Positions 52,863-60,403 of a stretch of 64,000 bases of DNA are shown here, piece by piece (positions within the stretch are counted from its first letter, which is position 1; every line of letters begins with the position of its first letter). Source of the DNA: Candidatus Gastranaerophilales bacterium. GTDB lineage: Bacteria > Cyanobacteriota > Vampirovibrionia > Gastranaerophilales > JAILCC01. The notes under the pieces were generated by a model. That model made no database searches, was not told where the DNA came from, and saw only the letters and a list, made by a program, of their open reading frames with translations. Position numbers and translations under genes: made by a program. The stretch is taken from contig JAQVHS010000007.1 in the NCBI GenBank assembly GCA_028696075.1, forward strand, positions 26,603 to 90,602, written 5' to 3'.

Positions 52863-54011
52863 TTACTGTTCAAAACTCATTCTTTCAATAGGCAAAATAA
52901 GGTTAAATGCCGTGGCAAAACCCTCATTTCCTTTTTCACACCAAATCATGCCGCCTAATTTATCGGTTAATTTGCGTGCTATAGAGAGGCCCAATGCACT
53001 GCCCTCGTTTTTGCGGGCACGTGCGAGATTTTTGTATGAGTATTCATCAAACACAGAATTTAAAAGTTCTTCTTCTATTCCGACACCTGTGTCAGAAACT
53101 TTGATGAAAATATATGAACGTTCATTGTACCCCGGAGGAACTTTAATTCCGTTTTTTTCAAGAAATTCAGGCTGGGGAAATGCTGCTTCAACTTTTATTT
53201 TTCCGGAATTTGTGAATTTTACGGCGTTTTCAACAAGTATAGACAGTATCTGAATAAAAGCGTATTCATCACTGAAAACATTTCTTTTATCAATCTCGCC
53301 GTAATGAAAGCTATATTCCAGACTTTTAGCCTGAGCGGCTTTGCTGTAGTTTTCCTGCACAAAATTTAAAACATTTATGATATCAAAATTCTTGAAATTA
53401 AGCTCTCTTTTATTTGCATCAAGTGAAATAATATCAAACGTTTTTTCCATCAGGTAAGCTAGTTTTTTGCTGTTAGCGTTTATTATGGAAATATATTTTT
53501 CCTGCTTTTCATTGATTTCTCCGCAAACTCTTTCAAGCAGACTTTGCGAAAAGCCTGTTATAGCATTTAACGGTGTCATAAAATCAAGCTTCATTTCACT
53601 TAAGAAGCTGTCCCTGTTATTTAACAACTCTTTTGTTTGTTTGTAATCGTCAAGCAGGCTCTCAAGCGCCAGATATTTATCAGCTACCGCTCTTAACGAG
53701 ATTATTATTTTAGCGGAATTATGGGCGTCATAAGCCGTTACATCTACAAAAATAACTTCGCCTGCGGATGTTGTTGCTCTTAAAATAGTACCGTGGCTCA
53801 GTCCTATAATTTTTAAAAATTTATCAAGCTCATCTCCGAATATCATTTTGATATTCTTGTTTTTTAATTCGTTTGCACTGTAACCTAAAAGCAATTCAGC
53901 TCTTTTATTTACAATGGTAATATTTTTTAAAAAGTCTAAAACAATTACCGCATCGGGAAAGCTGTTGTAAACATTTTCATCTTGTTTGACAAAAAGACAT
54001 TTAAAATCCAT
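52863..54011 (-). CDS. Cytoplasmic PAS + HisKA-like + HATPase_c protein lacking the phospho-acceptor histidine
   Basis: The N-terminus is PAS-like. The H-box position reads FLSEMKLDFMTPLNAI, with Leu where SHELRTPLN has His, and there is no His within the DHp region. The ATP-binding motifs are intact: N-box (LVENAVKFT), G1 (DTGVGI) and G2 (GSALGLSIA). Confidence 0.75.
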   Translation of the reverse strand: MDFKCLFVKQDENVYNSFPDAVIVLDFLKNITIVNKRAELLLGYSANELKNKNIKMIFGDELDKFLKIIGLSHGTILRATTSAGEVIFVDVTAYDAHNSAKIIISLRAVADKYLALESLLDDYKQTKELLNNRDSFLSEMKLDFMTPLNAITGFSQSLLERVCGEINEKQEKYISIINANSKKLAYLMEKTFDIISLDANKRELNFKNFDIINVLNFVQENYSKAAQAKSLEYSFHYGEIDKRNVFSDEYAFIQILSILVENAVKFTNSGKIKVEAAFPQPEFLEKNGIKVPPGYNERSYIFIKVSDTGVGIEEELLNSVFDEYSYKNLARARKNEGSALGLSIARKLTDKLGGMIWCEKGNEGFATAFNLILPIERMSFEQ

Positions 54012-54170
54012 AGTCTGCTATTAATTAATCTAACCACAATAAAATTATATCTGAAACAAAATGTTCAAACAAACATTAATATTAAATTTTATTTACAATT
54101 TGAAAGTCTAAAGGATATGCTCTAGAATTATAAGACAAACATATGATTTTTTTAGGGGATTTGAAGATAA

Positions 54171-54383
54171 ATGAACAAAAGGGTAACTTATATACCTACA
54201 TTGGAGGATTATGCAAAATGCAGACGAGCGTCTATGACGCTTGACGCAGAACCCCAATGCTGCTCGGAATGCGATTATCTGAGAGAAAATGTTAATGCCT
54301 GTATTTGGGGCGGAATGGTCAGGGATTTGGACTTGTTAAGAGCTTGTCCTATGAATTGCCGCCGTATTTACCGCGAAGTATAG
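54171..54383 (+). CDS. Small Cys-rich hypothetical protein
   Basis: The 70-aa ORF has seven Cys residues (CRR, QCCSECDY, ACIW, ACPMNC). It has a GGGGA SD-like sequence upstream. I recognise no family. Confidence 0.4.
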   Translation: MNKRVTYIPTLEDYAKCRRASMTLDAEPQCCSECDYLRENVNACIWGGMVRDLDLLRACPMNCRRIYREV

Positions 54384-54451
54384 AATATCGGGTCTTTGGC
54401 ATTGCCAAAGGCAATCAAGACGGATAATTCACAACTTACGATAGCTTCGCT

Positions 54452-54619
54452 CTATAATTTTACAAGCAAAACATAATAAACTGAAAATAAACTGACACAA
54501 GAAAACGCAAACCACCAACGCATAATAGGCGGCTGATTTTTCCATGCCCATAATAAACTCATTGTATCTGTTTGCTCTGAACTGTTTTCTTCAATAAACT
54601 TGCTGATACCTCTTCTCAT
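54452..54619 (-). CDS. Candidate small membrane protein (55 aa)
   Basis: This ORF is below the track cutoff. A GGGGGAG SD lies 8 nt upstream of the ATG at 54619. It reads MRRGISKFIEENSSEQTDTMSLLWAWKNQPPIMRWWFAFSCVSLFSVYYVLLVKL*, with a C-terminal TM helix. Confidence 0.4.
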   Translation of the reverse strand: MRRGISKFIEENSSEQTDTMSLLWAWKNQPPIMRWWFAFSCVSLFSVYYVLLVKL

Positions 54620-54791
54620 CAAGTAATCTCCCCCTTCTTTAAGAATCTCTTAGTATAATTTTGCAATTTTTCGAGCAAAAAAACATCAGCCACAAGGTCT
54701 ATTTGTAGAAAAAAGTTTTTTGCTATAAAATTGCAGTATTAAGGCTAGTAATATATTAGTTTCGTTAGTAATCTTATTTATTGGAGAAGAA

Positions 54792-55985
54792 ATGCACAAG
54801 AAACCAAACATCGTTCCGGCAGAAAAAATTCAAAATTTACCGACTTACATTTTCGCAGAATTGGATGAATGGAAAGAAGCCGCACGAGCGAGAGGTTTTG
54901 CATTCGTCGATTTAGGAATGGGCAATCCTGATGGAGCTACCCCTGACCCTATTGTGCGTGCTGCTGTAGATTCTATTAAAAATCCTGTAAATCACGGTTA
55001 CCCTTCGTTTAAAGGCAGGATAGAATTCCGCCGTGATATTGCAAAATGGATGAAACTGAGATACAACGTTGATATCGACCCTGAAACAGAAATACAGACA
55101 CTTATAGGTGCAAAAGAAGGGTTAGCTCATATAGCGTTGGCTTATACTAATCCGGGTGATATAAACATCGTTCCCGACCCTTATTACCCTGTTTTATCCA
55201 GAGGAACCTGGATTGCAAGCGGGGAAGTATATCATGTGCCGCTTAAGGAAGAGAATAATTATTTGCCTGATTTAAAGTCCATCCCTGAAGATGTTGCTAA
55301 AAAAGCAAAAATGTTTTTCGTTAACTATCCTAATAATCCGACCGCTGCTGTTGCGACAAAGGAATTTTATAAAGAGCTTGTTGATTTTTGCATAGAAAAC
55401 GACATTTTACTTGTTACAGACTTGGCTTATGGTGAGGTTACTTTCGACAACTACAGACCGTTGAGTATATTTGAAATAGAGGGGGCAAAATCCGTTGCGG
55501 TTGAGTTCCATTCTTTCTCAAAAACATTTAATATGGCAGGCTGGAGAGTAGGCTTTGTAGTCGGCGCCAAAGAATTTATTTCAAACATTCATAAGACAAA
55601 AACAAATATAGACTACGGTACATCAGGTTTGGTTCAAGATGCCGCGATGTGTGCCTTAAATATAGATTATTCCTACGTTCAAGAAACAATGGACAAGTAT
55701 TACAGACGAATGAAGCTTATGGTAGACGGTCTCAATAAATTGGGCTGGAATTTAAAATATACCATAGCAACCATGTACCTGTGGCTTAAAGTTCCCGAAG
55801 GTTATGATTCAATGACTTGGTGCCGTAAGGTCTTTGACGAAGCAGGTGTTGTATTTACTCCGGGTATCGCTTTTGGCAAATACAGTGATAACTATTGCAG
55901 GGTTTCGCTTGTAGCTTCTGACGAAAAACTGCTGGAAGCATTGGAACGATTGGAAAAAGCCGGTATACACTTTTGTATGAAATAA
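54792..55985 (+). CDS. Class I/II PLP-dependent aminotransferase
   Basis: Motifs LGMGNPD, NYPNNPT and the PLP lysine in SFSKTFNMAGWRVG are present. A GGAGAA SD lies upstream. A strong extended -10 (TGCTATAAAAT) lies about 55 nt upstream. Substrate specificity is not assignable. Confidence 0.9.
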   Translation: MHKKPNIVPAEKIQNLPTYIFAELDEWKEAARARGFAFVDLGMGNPDGATPDPIVRAAVDSIKNPVNHGYPSFKGRIEFRRDIAKWMKLRYNVDIDPETEIQTLIGAKEGLAHIALAYTNPGDINIVPDPYYPVLSRGTWIASGEVYHVPLKEENNYLPDLKSIPEDVAKKAKMFFVNYPNNPTAAVATKEFYKELVDFCIENDILLVTDLAYGEVTFDNYRPLSIFEIEGAKSVAVEFHSFSKTFNMAGWRVGFVVGAKEFISNIHKTKTNIDYGTSGLVQDAAMCALNIDYSYVQETMDKYYRRMKLMVDGLNKLGWNLKYTIATMYLWLKVPEGYDSMTWCRKVFDEAGVVFTPGIAFGKYSDNYCRVSLVASDEKLLEALERLEKAGIHFCMK

Positions 55986-56248
55986 AAAGGTATTCTGTCA
56001 AAAAAGCATTGTAACCGACGTAAAGCAATAGCACTAAAAAGCCTTACAATGAATATCGGTTTTGATACCTGCAATGTCTCGCAGGTGGGTGCCGCCCCAA
56101 GTAAATCGCCGTTTCCTGCTGCGTGGCAGGTCTACTTTGTTACTTTTAAGATCAAACTCCCTAATAAAAAAGATGTAGGATCAAAACAAAATACCCACTG
56201 TAAGGTAATAGTATTATTGCATATCTTTTGAAATTTTTCCACAATACT

Positions 56249-57661
56249 TTACACTATGAAATCGTCGTTGATTTTTTGGATAATTTCATCTATAAAATAC
56301 TTCACCTTTTTATCGGTTTGATAATCTTCTTTGGTCTTTTCATAAGAGTAAAGAACCGTTGTATGCTTTCTGTTTATGACACTTCCTATTTGAGGGAAGC
56401 TGGATTTTACAAGCTCTCTTGTCAAATAAACAGCTATATGCCTTGCGAGAGCTATGTCTTTGGAGCGCGAAGATGCCTTAATTTCAGAAGGTTCTATATT
56501 AAAGTAATCACCAACGTAATTGATTATACCTTCCGCAGTGAGTTCTTTTTCTCTGGCGGCAAAGTTAATTATCTTTTTAGCGGTTTCAAGCGTTACAGCT
56601 GTATTTTGAATACTTGCAAAAGCGCTCATTCTGTTTAAAGCTCCCTCAAGCTCCCTTACGTTATTCTTGAAGACTGATGCTATAAGCTCTAAAACGGATA
56701 ACGGGATGCTCAGGTTTTCTTCTTTTACTTTTTGTTTAAGAATTTCGACTCTAGTTTCATAAGGCGGGGGAGTAATTTGAGCCAGAAGCCCCCATTCAAA
56801 CCTGCTCCTTAGCCTGTCTGTCAAAGTAGATATATCTTTGGGCGGACGGTCGCTGGTTATTACTATTTGTTTACCGTTTCTGTGCAGGTGGTCAAAAATA
56901 TTGAACAATTCATCCTGGGTTTTTTCTCTGCCTTCCAAAAATTGTACATCGTCTATTAACAATACATCAACGTTTTTGTACTTGTTTTTAAATTCATTTT
57001 TTTTCTTCTCATTGCCTTTATAAGCAACCATAATTTGGACAAACTCGTTAGTAAGTTCTTCGACTGTAACGTATCTGACTTTTTTATCATGATGGTTTAG
57101 AAGAATATAATGTCCTATAGAGTGAAGAAGATGGGTTTTCCCCAATCCTGCGCCCCCGTACAAAAACAGCGGGTTATATAATGTTCCCGGCTTGCGGGCG
57201 ATGCTTTTCGCTGCTCCTAATGCAAATTTATTGGATTCACCTTCTATAAAGTTGTCAAATGAATACTTCAAATTAAGATTGAAAGATGTCATCTTTAATC
57301 TTTCATAAGGGTTTTCATCCAAAGGAAGTTTTTGCTGGACAACTTCTGTAGTATCAAAAGGCACAGGCTTTTGCGGTGTAAATTTCGGCTTGAATTTGCT
57401 ATCTAATATTATATCGAATTCGCTGTAAGGATTTTGTGTAACTTCTCTTAAGGCGTTTAAAATCTCAAGGTTATATCTTTTTCTGACATAATCCTGCTGC
57501 ATGGTTCTGTTTGTAACCAAATAAAGTGTATTATCTTCAAAAGACTTGAATCCTAAGGGTTTTATCCACATTTCAAAAGCAGGTGTGGTCATTCTGTCTT
57601 CAAGGTTTTTTAGAATTTCTTTCCATAATAGTTTAGTATTTTCTACCACTACACATTCCAA
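56249..57661 (-). CDS. dnaA: Chromosomal replication initiator protein DnaA
   Basis: Walker A is GGAGLGKTHLL and Walker B is LLIDDVQFL. The sensor region is ITSDRPP. The C-terminal DNA-binding helix-turn-helix reads ARHIAVYLTRELVKSSFPQIGSVINRKHTTVLYS. Confidence 0.95.
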   Translation of the reverse strand: MECVVVENTKLLWKEILKNLEDRMTTPAFEMWIKPLGFKSFEDNTLYLVTNRTMQQDYVRKRYNLEILNALREVTQNPYSEFDIILDSKFKPKFTPQKPVPFDTTEVVQQKLPLDENPYERLKMTSFNLNLKYSFDNFIEGESNKFALGAAKSIARKPGTLYNPLFLYGGAGLGKTHLLHSIGHYILLNHHDKKVRYVTVEELTNEFVQIMVAYKGNEKKKNEFKNKYKNVDVLLIDDVQFLEGREKTQDELFNIFDHLHRNGKQIVITSDRPPKDISTLTDRLRSRFEWGLLAQITPPPYETRVEILKQKVKEENLSIPLSVLELIASVFKNNVRELEGALNRMSAFASIQNTAVTLETAKKIINFAAREKELTAEGIINYVGDYFNIEPSEIKASSRSKDIALARHIAVYLTRELVKSSFPQIGSVINRKHTTVLYSYEKTKEDYQTDKKVKYFIDEIIQKINDDFIV

Positions 57662-57920
57662 TATTAATATTCTCCAGCCAGATAAAACTTATAAAACCAA
57701 TGTGTAAAATCTTTAAAACAAATTTTTTTCGAATTTTCACAATAGTTTTTATGTGTAATAAATATCTTATAACAAAACATTTAAAAGTGAGCATAATTTT
57801 TGAAAATCTTCACAAAAATTTATTGTCTGTTAAATATTAAAATTTGATGTAAATATTTGTAAAAAAAATATCAAAAAAACCTGGAAAATGTCTTAAAGCT
57901 TTTGTAAATTGGTAAAATAG
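57662..57920. other. Candidate oriC / dnaA promoter region
   Basis: This very AT-rich 259-bp tract is upstream of dnaA. It has DnaA-box-like 9-mers relative to TTATNCACA: TGTGTAAAA at 57701-57709 (1 mismatch), ATTTTCACA at 57733-57741 (2), TGTGTAATA at 57752-57760 (2) and ATCTTCACA at 57806-57814 (2). TTTTCCACA (1 mismatch) lies at 56235-56243, just past the dnaA stop. Confidence 0.35.
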
Positions 57921-57922
57921 TT

Positions 57923-58422
57923 ATGGGGACTGAATTTTCTTTAGTACATGCAGCCGCTAACGATGTTAATGCACCGTTGAATTTTGAAATGTTAGGATAT
58001 GGGCTTAATCCTTATGATAAGAAGCTAAACTTTTCAGGGAAGCAACTTCTCCTGAAACCCCTGACGTTTACTCTATTGCGCATCCGGGGCTAATTTCTTT
58101 ATCTAACGCTGATGACTATGCGAAAAGCCTTAAGGAACATTGCAAGGCAAAACAGTATGATTGGAAGCAGCATTTATTTGAAAGGTTTTTAGAGCAAATA
58201 ACAGGCGACAGCAAAGGTAAATTAATTGGCGCCGAGCTGAATTATCAATCTTACGCTCAACGCTACGACGGGTTTGAAGGTTATGTAAACCATATAAAAA
58301 ACAGAGCCTCATCCTCCAAATTTAACTTAGCTGCCAGCGGCGGTTTAGATTGTCATGGGAATAACCTTTTTACCAAAAGTGACAAAATATCTCCGGAAAT
58401 TTTAGAAGAACTTCTTGGATAG
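57923..58422 (+). pseudogene. Decayed, internally deleted paralog of the downstream PHP-domain gene
   Basis: Frame 1 (57923 to the stop at 58091) reads MGTEFSLVHAAANDVNAPLNFEMLGYGLNPYDKKLN. That matches aa 258-291 of the 613-aa protein (GSEISVSHIDPNDVVRPVEFELMGYALNPFNSKLN). A different frame (58021-58422) reads ...YSIAHPGLISLSN...AELNYQSYAQ...LAASGGLDCHGNNLF...ILEELLG*, matching aa ~478-600. The N-terminal 257 aa and about 185 central aa are missing. Confidence 0.7.
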
Positions 58423-58508
58423 TAAATAAATTTGCATTAAATTGTATATAATTAATTTATACTATATTAATTATTGTAAAATTTTTATTTTAAGAAATGT
58501 AAAAAATG

Positions 58509-58536
58509 TGTAAAAAACCGCATAAATTGGTACAAT
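58509..58536 (+). promoter_or_regulatory. Candidate promoter of the PHP/nucleotidyltransferase operon
   Basis: TGTAAA (58509-58514) sits at the -35 position, followed by a 16-nt spacer and an extended -10 TGG-TACAAT (58528-58536). A second TGTAAA lies 11 bp upstream (58498-58503). Confidence 0.35.
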
Positions 58537-58561
58537 ATTAGTTGGAAATAAGGTAAAGCAT

Positions 58562-60403
58562 GTGCGTATAAATTCTACAAATTCTAATTGTAATTCGTAT
58601 TGCATTTCTAAGGGAAATTTATATTTAAAACAAAATTCCTCTTTTAAGGCTGACCCTTTTGCCCAATTTCAGTATAATCAAAGGGTTGCCACTATTGTCC
58701 CTATTGCCTCTGTTGCTCCTGTTGCGTCATTTCCCGTGAATATGGCAGTTCCCGTTGCCGCGGCAGACAGCGGTTTGGGGTTGGGAACTCTGATAGGAGG
58801 ACTTGCCGCTGCCGGCGGGATATTTGCCCTGATTATAAAATTCATCAGAGGCAGGGGCGGCAACCCGCCTATAGATGCGGGGATTAAGCTTTTAAAAGGG
58901 CAATACCAAAAAATCATCCAAAATTTTCCTTCGGACAAAGTTTATTACGAACAACTGGCGAAAGATACAGGTTTAGCGGCAGGTGAAGAATTTAAACTTA
59001 CGTCTGTGGTTGGTAAAGCTCAACTTTCGGACTTGCTGGGTAAATTCTCACCGCAGGACTTTAAAGTTGGCGAAAATCTTGAAGGCGTCAGGGATTTAAC
59101 ATACCGGGTTAATTTGCATAATCATACGCAGGCTTCTGACGGTAAATTATCAGTATTTGATTTTTTGGAACAGGCAAGAAAATGGGCAGATAAGATTGCC
59201 GGTAAAGTCAAGGATGATAAGCCTCCTTTTACAATAGCAATAACGGACCATGACACTTTAGACGGAGCAAAAGAAGCGGTTAGAATAATCGCTCAAAATC
59301 CTGAAAAATACAAAAATTTAAGGGTGGTTTTAGGTTCTGAAATAAGTGTATCTCATATTGACCCTAACGATGTGGTAAGACCCGTCGAGTTTGAGCTTAT
59401 GGGGTATGCATTGAATCCGTTTAACTCTAAGTTAAACGGATTGCTGAAACAAGTCGGTGAAAACAGGGAAAGCGCTATAGCTCAATTACTTACTAAAATT
59501 AAAGCCCAATTCCCTGAATACAATATAGGGTTTGAAAACAGCAAATCTTTCCATTCTAATTTGAAAAATGTCCGCACAAACGGCGTTTTATATCTGGCGG
59601 GAGATTACGCTAAATTCAAAATAATGTTTAGTAATTATATTGGTTTGATTAATTCAAAAATACTGCCTGACGGACAGCAAAAACTTGATAAAGAAAAACT
59701 GTTTAGCGAACTCTCCGATTCTTATTATTGTTGGATGGATGCTACAGGGAATAAAGATATAGTAACCTTTTTAAAAGATTATGGTATAAAGAAAATTCTT
59801 TCCGACAGAAATCTTCTAACCGCTCAAAATCAATCTGTATACGAAGAGATATTTAAAAAGGATTTTAAACAATACAGTGATTTTATAAGTAATGAGGTGA
59901 AAGAAGCGCTTCCCGCAATAGCAGACACTAAGGGTTATGCACTATTGCCAAAGCAAGTTTTTGAGGCAATCAGACAAAGTGACGGGCAGGGATTTTTTGG
60001 TTTTGCGCATCCTGCGCTTATTAAGTTAAATAGTGATAACGGAAGCAATATTTCACCTGCAAGATTAAAAAGTCTGCAATCCTGGGAAGATAAGAACAAA
60101 AATCTTGTATACAGGGTATTCCAATCATTGAAACAGGAGGGCAAGGATTTATTTGACGCTTCCGAGATTAATTATCAATCTTACGGCAAAGAAATTGGTA
60201 ATGATTGGATAAAATTTATGAAGGAAGACATCGCTGATTGCAATTCTTTAAAGTTGAAATATACAGGCGGAGTCGACTGCCATAAGCCTTCCATATTTTT
60301 AAAACATAAGCTTTTGGCTAAAGACGATATAGAAAGACTAAATTTACGCGAATTGTTGGGAGAAAATTATGAAAGTTACGCCGCTTTATTCAAATTCGTA
60401 TAA
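58562..60403 (+). CDS. Membrane-anchored PHP-family metal-dependent phosphoesterase
   Basis: The 613-aa ORF has a GTG start. A single TM helix spans about aa 70-95 (GLGLGTLIGGLAAAGGIFALIIKFI). PHP motifs occur in canonical order: VNLHNHTQASDG, IAITDHDTLDG, LGSEISV, FAHP and GGVDCH. Confidence 0.8.
   Translation: MRINSTNSNCNSYCISKGNLYLKQNSSFKADPFAQFQYNQRVATIVPIASVAPVASFPVNMAVPVAAADSGLGLGTLIGGLAAAGGIFALIIKFIRGRGGNPPIDAGIKLLKGQYQKIIQNFPSDKVYYEQLAKDTGLAAGEEFKLTSVVGKAQLSDLLGKFSPQDFKVGENLEGVRDLTYRVNLHNHTQASDGKLSVFDFLEQARKWADKIAGKVKDDKPPFTIAITDHDTLDGAKEAVRIIAQNPEKYKNLRVVLGSEISVSHIDPNDVVRPVEFELMGYALNPFNSKLNGLLKQVGENRESAIAQLLTKIKAQFPEYNIGFENSKSFHSNLKNVRTNGVLYLAGDYAKFKIMFSNYIGLINSKILPDGQQKLDKEKLFSELSDSYYCWMDATGNKDIVTFLKDYGIKKILSDRNLLTAQNQSVYEEIFKKDFKQYSDFISNEVKEALPAIADTKGYALLPKQVFEAIRQSDGQGFFGFAHPALIKLNSDNGSNISPARLKSLQSWEDKNKNLVYRVFQSLKQEGKDLFDASEINYQSYGKEIGNDWIKFMKEDIADCNSLKLKYTGGVDCHKPSIFLKHKLLAKDDIERLNLRELLGENYESYAALFKFV

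Noticed and set aside
56049-56638. ORFs at 56049-56231 (+) and 56228-56638 (+).
   Set aside because: The first covers the GC-rich hairpin region. The second is antisense to the well-supported dnaA C-terminus. Neither has a plausible SD. I also compared the hairpin region with the SRP, 6S and tmRNA hallmarks I remember and found no match.
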